Assembly (NCBI RefSeq): GCF_021028975.2
Contig: NC_059425.1
Span: 29,698,001 to 29,762,000, forward strand
DNA length: 64,000 bases
Reading direction: 5' to 3'
Origin: Sphaerodactylus townsendi
Taxonomy: Eukaryota
The notes under the pieces were generated by a model. That model saw nothing but the letters and a program-made list of their open reading frames with translations, ran no database searches and had not been told where the DNA came from. Shown here in pieces: positions 22,851-36,645 of the stretch (position 1 is the first letter of the stretch; each line of letters begins with the position of its first letter). The translations under genes were made by a program, and so were the position numbers.

Positions 22851-24959
22851 AGATACAAGCAGCTTACAGCAGCTCAAACATGCATTAAAATTCAATTGCA
22901 AATCCCTAGTATCCACTTGAATTATGACAAAATGTAACCAATATGAGGCTAGTCAAGTAAAACCACTTTGGAAGAGGAAATGGTGCATGAATATTGTTAA
23001 CGAGAAGAATACTGGAAGATAATGGGAGCCTTACGGGTATTGAGGGAGGATGGCACTAAGAGGTGGGGAAGGAAAGTAGAATGGGAGATTGAATCATGCT
23101 CTGGATATGTGAAGGTCTACATACGAGTGGTAGAAAACTAAGTCAAAATGTAGAGACCCGTGACACTCATTTTATACCCCTTTTTCTGCTTGTGCCAGGA
23201 AAGAAACTCTGGATAGTTATGTCACTCAGAGCGAGATACTGATTGGGAGGGGGTTTGGGAATAACAGGCTGCAGCTACCTGAAGCCATTTGCTAACTTTG
23301 CCAGGTCCAAGTGGGCTGTTCAGTATACTGACGAATCAGATGCAACCTGGCCACCTTACCAACAACTGATCAGAAACACAAAAAGATAGGTACAGAGTAG
23401 GTGGCCATCAGAATGGGTCATTGTAATGGCAAATATGCCATTACTTGAAAGCTTTTTGTCAGGAAAGAATGTGAGACTGGTACACTCTACCTGGTTTATG
23501 TCAAATGCAGCTGCCCCACTATTATCGCAATTATCACTTTGCAGTGAGTAGTTATTTATGTTTGGCTGAGGAGAGCCAAGGCTTGGTGAACAGTGCTGGG
23601 AATAGGGAGAACACCTTTTAGTAAGTCATAGCAGGGTAGGAATGAGTGTGGAATCTTTACTGATTCCCAAGTACAGATGCTTACACACAGAAAGGCAAGG
23701 ATGCCAGTACCACTTCTTAGAGAGAACAGTTGATAGCCTCATATAACATGTCTGATGTGAGCTGTTGCCAGCCAACAAAGATAGTAGGCATTTATGTGAC
23801 ATTAAATTTGCAGAGTCAGCATGGCACAGTGGTTAAGAGCAGTGGCCTGTAATCTGGAGAACCCAGTTCAATTCCCCAATCCTCCACATGAAGCTTACTG
23901 GGTGATCTTGGGTAGTTACAGTCCTCTCAGACCACATGGCGGCAGGCAATGGCCCAGCACCTCTGACTGTCCCTTGAAAATCCCACAGGGTTGCTATAAA
24001 TTAGCTGTCACTTGAGGGCACTTTACACACACACAAATTTGCATGATATACTCTGGCATTTAATGTAAGAGAGGACATCAAGGACTATCCTGATTAAATG
24101 GGCCAAGCTCATTCATGACAAGGGATTGCCATTTCCAGTATTCAAAATCACTGTAAAGGTCATCTCCACTTCCTTTCCTCATTGCAACTTAAACCTTTTC
24201 AAGGGAGAAGGGCAGATTTGCATGACAAGCCTGCTTTTACCTTTTGGTGGCATAAAGAAAGCACACAAGACACAGTATAATCCATTCAGACTTCTGCAAC
24301 TGTTCATATTACTCAGGCACACTGTTTTGAAAAACTAAGCAGGAAATTATCTGTGAATATCTGGTTTCTGTCAATTAATTACAAGACATTTTCTGCTTTG
24401 TTCCTGTTTACAAGCAATCTGGGATAACAAGTATGCAGTGGAAACATCCTGGCTGGCTATCCAAAGTTTATTTGCTCTTTCCTCTCACGCTGGTTGTAAG
24501 GCGGAGCAAAACTGAAGCCCTGCTTGAAAGAGGCAGTGGGAGAATTATTGTAGTTAATGGGAGATTGCTGCAGTTTAGATCAGTTACGACATCAGACATG
24601 GGGCTTGGGTTGCTATAAATCTTGGGTTGAATTCCTCCTGTTTAGTCAGCTAATGAATCTTGTCCTTCCTCAAGCTTCTTGGATGCAGAGTGCGGCTGTT
24701 AGGAGACTGAATCCGTGAGATCTGTAGCTTTTTCTTTCTGCAGTACAATAGCAAAAATAAGACGTAGCTTCTACTATGAATGTATCTTGAAAGTACAAGG
24801 AGGTATGAAGGAAACTGGTTAGAAATCTGAGTCCAGTAGCTCCCTTAGATACCAATGAGATTCTCAGAGTATAAGAGTCAACGTGTCTGCCAAAGAGAGC
24901 TTTTAAAAGTTTATACACGGAACATCTTGTCTAAGGTATAACAGGACTCATTCAAAACG

Positions 24960-26541
24960 TTGGGGGGGAAGAGAACGCCAAGCGCCACCCCATGATTTGT
25001 GAGGTGCTGCAAGGGGCGATCCTCTCTCAAATGTTTATTAACATCTGCATGCACCCCCTAACTGGATTGGTCTGGAGTTTTGGGCTGAGGTGTCTTCAAT
25101 GTGCGGATAACACCCAGCTCGTGTTCATGATGGTGGGCTGCCCGTCCTTGGCCCCAGGGCTCTCCAGCGTGGTTAAGGGGCTGTGTCTGTCTGTCTGTCC
25201 CTTTCTGCACGAGCAATTTACAGCAGCCCAGGGATGGCAAAAACGCCATCCCTTGGCAGCTGTTCGCACAGGCAGCGCTGCTGCAACGCAGCAGCACCGT
25301 CCTGTGCGGCCCAGAGCGGCGTGAAGGCGCCGCTTTCCACCTCCCTTCCCAAGGGAGTTTTTGGAAGGAGCCGCTTTCCCGTCCACCCCCCCCCCTCACC
25401 TCATCCTCTAGTGTCGGTCTGGAGGGCTGCTGAGACCCGCCCACGCTGCCCTCTGACGCTGGAGGAAGAGGTGAGTGGGGGGGACACAGAAGAGGCAACT
25501 CCATGCAGAGCCGCCTCTTCTGTGCTGGCCTCTGCGGGGGCCGCTCCCCCGGCATAATTTCTGCCGGTGGAGAGGCGCCCTTTCCGCTGTGCGGAAAGGG
25601 CCTCTGATTGAGAGCGAGCTGACTGAAGCTAAATCCAGTGGAGGTTCTGTGGGTGGGTCAGGAGGAGAGACCGGTTGCCTTTTGCCTGCCCTCACTGGAT
25701 GGCGAGGCCTTGTAGTTGGCCTCGTCTGTCAGAAGCCTGGGGGTGACCTTGGACTCAGCTTTGTCGCTGGAGGCCCAGGTTGCCAAGACAATCCAAGTGG
25801 CTTTTTACCATCTGCGACAGGCATGGCAACTGGCTCCGTATCTCTCTCGTTCCAACCTGGCCACAGTAATCTATGCAATGGTTACCTCCAGACTGAATTA
25901 TTGTAACTTGCTATATGCTGGCCTTCCTTTGTTTGTGATCCAGAAATTAAAACTTGTCCAACATGCAGCAGCCAGGCTTCTTTCTGGAACGTCAAGTGGA
26001 GACCGGATCACTTCGGTCCTATACCAACTCCATTGGCTGCCGATCAAGTACCAGATCATATTCAAAATGTTAGTGTTAACCTTTAAGGCTGTGAGCAGTC
26101 TTCGACATGCATACCTAAGGGACCGCCTTTCCCTGTATTGCCCCCTAGATCCCTCCGTTCATCGGAGGAAATTTACTGGAGATCTCTGGCCCGAAGGATG
26201 TCCGGCTCGCTTCCACAAGGGCCAGGGCCTTTTGAGCCCTGGCCCCTATCTGGTGGAATAAGCTCCCTAGTGAGATCAGTGCCCTGTGGGACTTGAATGA
26301 GTTCCGCAGGGCCTGTAAGACAGAGCTTTTCCACCAGGCATTTCCATCTAGCCAGCTGGTCTGACCATGAATATCATTGGCTTCCCACAGGTGCAGTAGA
26401 AAAGGGGAGGGATTGTTTGCCATCTATGGTTGGTTTTGCTGTTTTTAATTACTTGTTTTTATTTGTACTGGATTTTGTGTTGTTGCTGCCCTGAGCCCTG
26501 CTGGGGAGGGCAGAATATAAATATATAAAATAAAAATAAAT
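24960..26541 (+). mobile_element. Degenerate L2 LINE interrupted by a Harbinger-type MITE
   Basis: Decayed RT motifs (QGAILS, CADNTQL), SVRSLGVTLDS...VTSRLNYCNLLYAGLP...LHWLP, and an (AATAAA)-rich L2 tail. Confidence 0.85.
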
Positions 26542-26849
26542 GTTCTACTGTACCAACATGGTTAACCTCTGAAATCTGGTTTTCAGTCTACCTTAGGGGC
26601 TTTATTAAACCCTTTCTTACGCCCTAAGTGCAACCTCTTGCTATGTGTGTCGCTGAATCTCTGTTGTGGAGTTCATAAAATACCAGGTCGCCCTGTTGGG
26701 TATCAGAAATGGGCAGAAGAGCACTGTCTACATCTGGAGCACTCCCTAGCATTAATAGTTTGTGGCAGGTGTGCCAAGTTAGAGAATATTATTTACAAAC
26801 CCCAAAGAAAGGAGTTAATTACAAGCAAAAATGCTGATGCTCTAAGATC

Positions 26850-27040
26850 ACTTAAGAACACAAGAGTCCTGATGGATCAGACCAATGGTCCTTCTAGCCC
26901 AGCATCCTGTCCCACACAGTGGCCAACCGGTTCCTCCTGAGTGCTAACAGTGCATGAAGGCCAAGGACTTCCCCCGGTGTTGCCTCCTAGCACTGGTATT
27001 CAGAGATTTATTGCCTCTGAATATGGAGGTTCTATATAGT
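26850..27040 (-). mobile_element. CR1 3'UTR fragment
   Basis: TAAGAACACAAGAG...GGATCAGACCAATGGTCC is the reverse of the CR1 tail seen at 10330-10388. Confidence 0.6.
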
Positions 27041-27180
27041 CACTTTCCTCCCAGGGAAGGTGCTTCAACCTCTTAATTATCTTGTAAGATGAATCTGCTT
27101 AGTAACTGTTAGTTTTTAGCTGCTGCAAAGAGTACATACCACTACCATAAAGAAATACAGCACAGGCTAATTCATAAACA

Positions 27181-27186
27181 TTTATT
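27181..27186 (-). terminator. Probable ESCO2 polyadenylation signal AATAAA
   Basis: TTTATT on the plus strand, about 585 nt downstream of the ESCO2 stop codon. Confidence 0.55.
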
Positions 27187-27769
27187 TGAACAGATGTGAT
27201 CAGCTCACAAAATTTAGTGCAAGAAATGTAGCGCTTTGTAGACGCAGCCCACGTGGACTCTACCCTCACATGAAATTCTTCAAGATTACAGTCCTAGTGC
27301 TGCACATTCACCACCAGGTATAAAATATAGCTCATTAGTCCATAGCAGCATAAAACTCTTTCCGCGTTATACCTATTTCTTTTCTAGAAAGCAGCTTTTA
27401 CCGAGTTCCTCAGCCTGGAGCTGATTTTGTTAGCACGGATTTTCACATCCCACACTTAGAAGCACAGCTACAAGTAACCCACCAGGTTTGCCAAAAACAT
27501 GATGGGAACCAAGAGCCTAGCAATATCAACCAGAGGGAGACTAGATATATATATATATATATAGTATTAGTCACTATTCTCCTTCAAATCAACTTTAAAA
27601 GTTTCAATTTTGGCAACAAAAGTTACCGAAGCAACAGCTACTTGATACTATTCCTCAGTTAACATTGAACACTTCATCTAAATCTCAACTTCCTGAAGAA
27701 CAGGCACCCTTCCCCATGAAAAGGTAACTTTTCAGTTACTCTAATGAAACACACTGAAATTGCACAGCC

Positions 27770-30700
27770 CTAATTAAAGAAATTATAAACAAGGAAGTTG
27801 GGAGTTTGACAATATTTGACTGCAAATAGCTTGCCATCTGGGGTGGGATCAGAGAAAGCAATTTCATCGGTGCTTAGGCAGGAGCCAAATAGGAATGTAC
27901 GCCTGGAACAGAAAACAAGAATGGATGACCAATGCAGCACAAGCATCTTACCTTCAAAATTAATTCACTTTGTTGTCCTATAAAATAAGCCACATACAGT
28001 TGGAAGAAAAAAAGTACCCGAGACTGCCCAGAATATAATTTTTCTTATCTTTCCAGCATGCACACTTTTAGCATTAAGGGAAAATGCTTATTTAAAATAG
28101 TATTTCCTATCAGACTAGAATAGGATTCACATATTAGTTCATTCTCTCATGTTGGAGGAATCATTTGCCCAGGGCTCTTTTAGCACTAGTTCCTATCAGT
28201 GTGGGTAACAATCACCACATAAAATCAGGGGTGTCAAACATGTGGCCTGGGGGTTGAATCCAGCCCCTTGAAGGGGGCTTATTAGGCCTGCAAGCCAGCT
28301 GAGACTACCTCCCCCCCAGATCTGGCCTGGTGAGCCCTGGGATGCACCAGGCCAGATTAGGAGTGAGGGTTTTTTTTTGCTCAGTTGGCTCAAGGGCTTG
28401 ATAAGCCCCCTCAAGGCAGTCATCCAACCCCTGCTGCAGGCTAACCTGACCAGCATGCCCCCCCAATCATATTTACATCATATCTGCCATGTGTAACAAT
28501 TGAGTTTGAAAGCCCTGACATAGATAATTCACTGTTTAAAACAAGGCTAGGCCCTTTCCGCACAGGGGTTTTATGGCGCCCTGGGGACGGCAAAAATGCC
28601 GTCCCCAGGGAGCCATTTGCACAGGGGGCGCAGCTGCTGCGCAGCTGCGGCACCCTCGCGGCGCGAAGCCAGCATTTCCCAACCTCGCTTGGGGAGCGAG
28701 GTTGTTGGGAAATGCCGCCTTGGAGCTGCTGCCGTGCGAATGGCAGCGGCTCCAAGGCGCCCTCCCCCTCCCAACCTTCACTTACCTGGTCCCCGGCCCT
28801 CCGGCGCGTCGCCGAGGCCTGGGGACACGCCCCCCTGCCCTGCGACGCTCAAGCAGGCGCGCAGGGCCGGCGTGCCTCCAGGCCTCAGCGACGTGCTGGA
28901 GGGCCAGGGACAAGCCGGGCCGGCCGGGCGACAGCGCTCCGCGGCGCCGTCGTCCCAGCGTCGTGGGGTCGCCGTGGTTTACGCCGACCCAACCCCTTCC
29001 GCCTCCGTGCGGAAGGGGCCCTAGTGAAATATCCAAGCCATGATGAGCCCATTTCATTCAAACTATCAGCTTCCTGCTCTGGCTTGAATCCAGCATTTAT
29101 ATGCTCACTGGATCCTGCTGGAGAAAGCCGATAGATAAAATTAAAGCTCTCTGTATATTGCTATATGTAGAAGGTGAACCAGCTTTAAGTGTAAATGACC
29201 TGGGTGCTTCCTTATTGTTTGTCCCTTAACCCAAGCTAAATGTGGGTGTCATGCTAGGGAATATCCCAGAGCAGGGGTAGGGAACCTGCGGCTCTCCAGA
29301 TGTTCAGGAACTACAATTCCCATCAGCCCCTACCAGCATGGCCAATTGGCCATGCTGACAGAGGCTGATGGGAATTGTAGTTCCTGAACATCTGGAGAGC
29401 CGCAGGTTCCCTACCCCTGTCCCAGAGTCTTGTGTTGAATTCTGGGCTTCAGTTCATTTTTAAATAAAAGACTCAACTATAGTTTCTCACCTGACTACAT
29501 CCACCAGGCGTCTGGCAATGCCCTTTCTCCGCATCAGGCTGAACACCCAGATTCTACTGACCCCACAGACCACTTTTTCAGGCTTCGTTGAGCAGCACCA
29601 GGCACGATGATGCTCCAGGCTGTTCTTAGTGGGAGATTCTGCTGCCTCAGAAAGCACCCGAAAAGCCTAGGAAAAGGGCAGATAGCTTAGAAAGCGATGG
29701 AATGGGGAAAAATCCACAAGCCTGCACTCAAAGGCAGTCTTATGGGACAGATGACAATGTCTGTGGTTGCTGAGTCACATGTTACTTTGGGTGTGCCACT
29801 ATCAAGAGCTGCAGATGTCACGACTGTTCTTGGATGCTTTATTTGCAATAGGCGTTGTTATCCAGTACTTGATTATCTGGAATGCTGTTACCCAGAGGGT
29901 AAACGCCTCCCTCTCTCTAGCCACCATGCCCACCACCCCACTCTGGTCTCTCATGCTGGCCACCTTGATACCTCTGGCTGTTGTTGGGTTTACACAGCTT
30001 ACACTACATCATCCTCCACTGCCACCATCTTCGCAGCCTGCCTCGGCTGAAGAGTTCTCCAAGCAGTTGATCTACCTGTTTCCTGCAACATGGGATGGCT
30101 CTATGGCTTGGTCCTACCAAGCATGGGGGCTTTTGCCATGGTTGTTTTCAACAGGATGATGCCCAGTTGCTATGGATTCCATTGAGTACAGGGTGAGGAA
30201 GAACAAGAAGCTTGAATATTGGGCACATTCAATTAACCTCCATCCCCCAATCTCTACAAGTACCAGACAACAAAGCTTTCACTATACATCGTGCTATAAT
30301 AAATTCTTTACTCCTTAGGAAGCCACGAGACTCTTGTTTTTGCTGCAGCAGACTAATACAGCTGCTTGTGTCAACAAACCCCAGAGGAATAAGAGCCAGC
30401 ATGGTACAGTCATACCTCGGGTTTCGCCGGTAATCTGTCCGGCGACACTTGGCGAAACCGGAGGCTACGCCGTATGCGCATGCGTTATGCAAACAGCGTA
30501 AATTAGGTTCAAATCCCCACTTGCACCATTTGCTGGGAGACCTTGGGCCAGTCACACTTTTAGTCCTGACCCTGGCTACTATTTGGATGGGAGACCTCTA
30601 AGTTTGTGACATGGAGGCAGGCAACGGTAACTCACCTCCTACAGGGTTGCCATAAGTCAGCGGTGCCTTGACGGCAAATAACAACAACAATAATAAACCC

Positions 30701-33700
30701 ATTAGTCCTAAGGAAGCCATAAGACGGCTTTTGTTGCAACAGAATAATACTGCTACTTCTGTCAGCAGCTAGAAACCCCTCCCCCAAAACCCAGAGAAAT
30801 ACGGCCACCACAAAAACTGTATTTGAATGCGAAGTTTCTTATGAATTGTAAATGGAAGGATTCTGAAGACAGACTCTGAGGAACTGTTAGACTGAATTAA
30901 TTGGCTGTTGTGCATTTTCCGGGCTATGTGGCCATGGTCTGGTAGTTTTTGCTCCTAACATAAATCTGAAGATGCCAGTCACAGATGCGGGCAAAACATT
31001 AGGCGCAAAAACTACCAGACCACACAGCTTAGAAAACCCACAGCCAAATGAGCTTTTCCATCAAGGATATGCCCAGAATTAGCTTTCAACACTCTGCATA
31101 CTACATGTTCCTCACCTGCCTGACGGGTTCAGCAATTAAACAGCCAACTATCTTGTTAACTGATATAAACAGGTATGTTTGAGTGTGGGTTGGACAGGCC
31201 AAAGCTACTTGTTTAAACCCAAGTTCATTATCGACTAGCTCCCGGACATCTTCCATCTATACAAGAAAAATGAGACATGTCAGGTTAGTCACAAAAGTAA
31301 CACTTCTTGATAAAGCAATCTGCTGTACCTTGTTATCAGTTTGCTACAGCACCAAAAGGAGACTCCCACCTAATCCTAAGTAGCAGTCAAGAGCAGGTGC
31401 AAACAGTAAGCATTTTCTATCTGCTTGGTACTGTGTGGCTATAAAGTTGTTCTTTATAACCCTACTTTGCTTTAAATAAAGTACTTTGAAAAGTCAAAAC
31501 CATTTAATTTCTAAATAGTCAAATAAAAAAGGAGAAAGCTAGTTAAGAAAATAACTGAGGAAGATGAACAATATTCATTATTTTAAAACATTTCAAACAA
31601 CTGGAGAATTCAATTCAAGAAGGACATTTGGTGGATATTTATACTTGTGTCATGAGCAAAAATATTCACTCAAAAATACAAGAACTTTGGATCATCCCAG
31701 AAATGGGCAGGAAGCAGCTTTATACTATTTCACAGCTGGAGAAACAATGCTAGAAGAAAACGCTAAAATGTACCTTCTTGGTGGCATATTTTGGATCATC
31801 CTGCCGGACCAAGATAATTTTCCCATCCCAGAACTCTGCAACTACACGTTCATTCTTCCAGCCCTGCCAAGGAAAGAAAATGAGGGGTAGAAAAATGTAG
31901 ATTTCTAATAATTAGGACCTCAGAAATAAAAATCATACAGCCTGCTTGTTCCCGAACTTAAGCTCTAGGGGCGACCTGGGAAATGCCAAAGTAAGCTTAT
32001 ATATGGCAACACAAAAACCACCTCCAGAGAGATTGCTGGAACAAGTGGTTATTAGGACATTTCAGCTGACAGTCAGACAGTTCTGTTCAGCTTCCTAGCA
32101 AACTGCCAATTACTATTCCATTTAGTGAGGTGCATTCCTGAGATCATTGCTGTCCAGAACAAGATTGTTCACTCACAAAGGAGAGATGGTGGCTCATCTA
32201 GCTTTTGTCTTACCACATATTTTAATCCCTCGAGGAATCTCTGGTGGTACTGGACATGCTGTGCCTCATCTTCTGGGTTGGCAGCAGAGTAAACCATGCC
32301 ACATGCTTTGCAAACAGTGGCACCAAAATGTTTCTGACCAGCATCCTGTCAGGGCAGAGAAGGTATGACTATTTTAGAGTGGTACAAATAAACTGACGTA
32401 TGGAAGGAGTTCTAAAATATGGATGCACAGAGAGATCTTTCTGGCAATGGCAACATGGGTTACTTCATTCTAAACAGCTAAATGGAAACCTTTAAAGTAT
32501 ATAGTACTTTAGACTTCCTTTGAAGCTGTATGACCACACATAGAAATATACTCACAATGACCATCTGATCTTGAAAGTCTTTGCGCAGTTCCTTTGCCTT
32601 CTTGCTGGTTTTCAGTATGGCAGGAACCTTCTGCACAACAGGACTACGCTCCACAAGTGTAGGCTGCTCATCTGGGAGAACCTGCAACCTAGAATTATTT
32701 ATTTAGATGTGCCACCAACATAATTCTGAGGAGACTCCAGCACAATTCATATTTCCTTTTTTAGCTATCCACTCTCCACAATGGTCAGACCACACTGGTA
32801 AGCTGATCTCCAGAACAGAGCAATCAATCCCTGCACCCCATCAGAAAAGTCACAAGCAGCACAACTTGATTTGTCTATTTACAAAAGCAAGTTTCAAGAA
32901 TGGCTCTGGTTCCTCCCAGTATACTACAAAGCATTCGTTTTCACCTATACAGTCCTAATATTTTATGCTGGCAAGATCATACCTGCTAATGCACAACTGG
33001 TCCTGTGTGAGCTATATAAATAATTGGAGAATGTTTTGCCACACAACTAGCCAGATCAATTTGCTCTATTTGCACAAGAGGTTCCAAGAATCATCCCACA
33101 CCTCAGATACTGAAAGGACGAATGGTGACACCAAAAGCCAGAGATTTTTAGGTGTTTTTTTTAAAATTAAGATACTAGACAAGATGGATTAAATAGTTGA
33201 TTTGTAGTTACATTGTGTCCCCAAAGTATTGTAGAATAAAGAAGTAAGAGAAATGCATTTATTACATCATGTCAAGTAACAGTAGAAGTATGTGACAGCC
33301 TGCAGTGATGCTAAGAGTGCCCTTATGCTATGCAAGCACTTCATACTTGACCAGCACAGTTCCTTTTTCATAGGCATTATCCAACGATTCTGTAGCCTGG
33401 ATTTTAACATCAGGGCCAGGGGCTAGTGAGGCGTTGCCTTGGAAACAGTTAACAAATCCCAGTGCTGGGAAGAGGTAACGGTCAAGCCCTCTCCATACAT
33501 AGAATTTGGCACCCTCTCTCAAATAATTTTGTTAAATTACTATTTTTATTCCTATTAGTATTGGAGTTCATTAAGCCTCCAATTGATAATCCTTCCAGGC
33601 CCAATATAAGGACGTTGGTGAAGCAGGATTTTACTACAGCCCCACTGGCATTGTAAGTTTTTCTATCGTTTTATGCCACATTTGGATTCAAACCGAGAAG

Positions 33701-36645
33701 GAAAACCAGTGCATAAAAAGCATCTATACACATTTAATTACTTATGAAGGCCAGAATAAGATTACCTTTTTTTGTTCTCAGAATATGTACTCAAAGGATG
33801 GAAAACATCGGCCACAGAGGACGCTGGGGACAAAAAAAAACCTCTTTGAGATTTCCTCCATGTCCTCCATTTGAGTGCATGAGCCAGACACCAAATGCAT
33901 GGTATTCTGGGTATTAGTTTGAAAACGTTGAAGAATAGGATAATATGTCATACCAAATTTTTATGACAGAGTAAAATACAGAGGACAGCAATGCTTACAT
34001 TTAGTAGTCTCAACAGGGTTCTTACTGGAAGAGGCATTCTCACGCTCATCTCTATTTTTGGTTGGTCCTTCTGATATGCCTTCAGAGATCTGTGACAGAA
34101 AAATACTTTCTAAACAAAGAAATGTTCAGGCGATATACTTTTCAATATCGATTCCAAGGATTGGTCTGAAGGTACGTGACTCTGCAAGTACAATTCAGGC
34201 CAGAGCTGGGAGACTATCTAGGTGACTTATATGAACCCTAAATAAAACCTGCTAATTGCTATAACCAGTCTTGCCATGCTACTGTGCCTGTTGAGTAAGG
34301 CAACAATGCAGTAAGCAACTTTCCGAAGCACAATTACACTTCCAAATGCTGCAAGACGGCATTGCCGTCACTATATCATACAACACTGTGTGATTTTCTC
34401 CAAAAATGCAGTAGTGGAGAGAAAAGGGTTATTTCAGATTATATAAATGTATTCATGTTCATTTTGGGGTATGGCATTAACCACATGAGGGTTTAAGGAT
34501 CTTTTAAGCCTAAGGCCCATTCCTCACAAGCCATGTAGACCAGCATGGGGCCTGTAAAAATACCGTCGTGGAGAAGATCGCACAACTGCCGCTGCTGCAG
34601 CAGTGGTGTTTTCCCTCCACAGTGGCGTTTTCTCTTTTTGAAAATGTCGGCTTCCATCTGGTGCCAAGCGGACAGCATCATTGGAAGTCGCTGTTTTCCC
34701 TGCGCCGCTCCCAGTCCCCTTTTACCCCCACTCGTGTGGCCCATGAGGAAAGAGCCAAAGAGTCACTCTGGCCCAGTCTTGTCAAGAAACATTAAGCCAA
34801 AATAAAACAAAAAATCCAAGCATCTGGTACTGCTCATTACAATGCTGTCAAGATCAGCAGGGCTGTAATGTAGTTTTCAGCCCTCTCAGGTTGCTGTATC
34901 TGGGAACAGAGGCTGCTGTTGCAAGTTATAACTTGTCCACATACACATTTTGTAACATTCCATACCCCTCCAGAGAACAAAACTGTGACCATATGCATCA
35001 CAAGGGAAAAAATGTGAGAATATTAGTATGTGCACCGAACATCTTGCCAGCTTTCATAAATACTACATACCTCTATATCAACTGCCTTTTGATCTAAGGT
35101 GTTTGAGCCATCAGAGTGAGAAGGTTGGAGGGCCTCACTTCTCCGCAAAAGGTTCGTGTCATGTGTAGTCCTCACATCTTGGTTAGCATTAGTAGAAAGT
35201 GTCCCACTATCCTCCTCTTGTTTCTCCTGACTTTGGGTCTCATATGTTTGGCTTCTTTTCTCACCAATCTCAGCTGCTTTGCCTTTAGTGGCCAAATGGA
35301 GCTCTGTATGGGCTTGGACTCCATTCTGTTTCTCCCTCATCACGGACTTGCTGACAGAATGCAGTGATGACGGAGATGAAAGGTCCTTCTTAGAGCCAAA
35401 GGGCGTCTTCTTCCGAGTCATGAAAAATGCTGCACTGGTCTGAAGTTTCAGCGCAGGCTTGAATTTCATGCTTAAGATTCTGAAAGGAGTCTCCATTTTC
35501 TTTTCAACAACAGAATTAACATTCTCTTTCTGCTTATTAGGCTTTGCAGGAGTCATGTCTGTTTTAGTCTTTTTGCCTGTTTTAGTCTTTTTGACATTTC
35601 TTGACAAAGTCTTGCCTTGTCTCAAAGCTGCTGAACACCTGGATATTTTTGAACTGGTTTTCATAACAGGCATTACTTTCACCCAGACTGTCTCTGTCTT
35701 ATTGGCAATAGGTAGGTTGCCTTCATCTTTTCTTGGACTAAGAGGGAGGCTTTTGTTTGCAAGCTTTCTCTCCAGTACATTGCGATATGGTTTCCCTTTG
35801 CTATAAAAGGAGCTGGAGGACACAATGGAATAGTGTGTAGTCTCTGACGTAGGGGACATTCTCTGCTGGAACTCCCTTCGTGTCCTCCCTGGCACACTGG
35901 CTGTCTGAACTGGAGAAGTGTCCAATTTCTGTGAACTGGTTGACCTTTGGAGCAAGTTCTGGTTTTCTTTATCATTATCTTGAACGCCAGGAGTTTGCTT
36001 TGTTAGAGATGCAGCACTGTGACCTGTGGGCATCTTTACCATAGACTGATCCTCAGTGAACTCCAGCATCAGTTTTTTTACTGGATTCCCATGTACTAAC
36101 TGCAAGCTACAAAAAGTAAAATTACAGTAATATTTCATCCTACACATTTCAATATGAATTCAGCTATCGTGGTAATGTTTCGGCTCAAAAATAATATTTA
36201 TGTCACTTTATGAGTCATAAGACAATGAACTTTATTTGCAAATATAAAACTATATTGAAGTATGTTGCTGATCCCCTTTTAGATTGGATTTGAACTGCAC
36301 CATTCTCAGTCATCTTAACAGCGTTATTCTAAACAAAAAAACTTTCAATGATAATTCTGTATTTGTTTAATTTTGAACTGGTAGAGGGAAGAATTAAAGA
36401 TGAATGGGAAATTATCGGCCATTACACATTATCAATTATATAACGGCCATCAGTTGTTTTATGATATTGCAAAATGAACAGGAATATGTCCATATAGATC
36501 AACAGTTATATTCATGCTTCACAGCTGTTACAAATACTAGACTTAAGGGTAAGAAATCTTCCTAAAACCCTAGAAATATATAATATAAGCCTCACCCAGA
36601 TGTAGAAGAACAGTATTTTCTTTTTCTTGGAGTAATGGTTGCCAT
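27770..36645 (-). CDS. ESCO2: N-acetyltransferase ESCO2 (establishment of cohesion 2), 10 coding exons, 679 aa
   Basis: Coding exons (minus strand) 36645-36596, 36106-35071, 34089-33999, 33823-33766, 32688-32556, 32345-32214, 31863-31774, 31256-31116, 29666-29491, 27902-27770 (total 2040 nt, GT-AG, phases consistent). [10 protein letters not shown] start, PIP-like QMVIDAGQK, C2H2 finger CKACGMVY...HVQYH, acetyltransferase motifs [33 protein letters not shown], and stop TAG. Confidence 0.97.
28226..28517. mobile_element. hAT MITE with CAGGGGTGTCAAAC terminus
   Basis: Ends CAGGGGTGTCAAAC / GTTTGAAAGCCCTG with an imperfect TSD (CATAAAAT/ACATAGAT). Confidence 0.7.
28550..29020. mobile_element. 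PIF/Harbinger-like MITE, GC/CpG-rich (young)
   Basis: TIR GGCCCTTTCCGCAC / GTGCGGAAGGGGCC with a 3-bp CTA duplication. Related copies at about 25197-25602, 34514-34757 and 61529-61679. Confidence 0.75.
29272..29419. mobile_element. Palindromic hAT MITE (148 bp) in ESCO2 last intron
   Basis: Near-perfect inverted repeat CAGGGGTAGGGAACCTGCGGCTCTCC..., with an exact TSD TCCCAGAG. Confidence 0.93.

Noticed and set aside
28536-29134. CpG-rich patch with many ORFs, resembling a promoter or gene
   Set aside because: It is bounded by TIRs and related to other Harbinger-like MITE copies, so it is a young TE.
35023-36147. 374-aa standalone ORF
   Set aside because: It is the large ESCO2 exon (36106-35071) read through into flanking intron.
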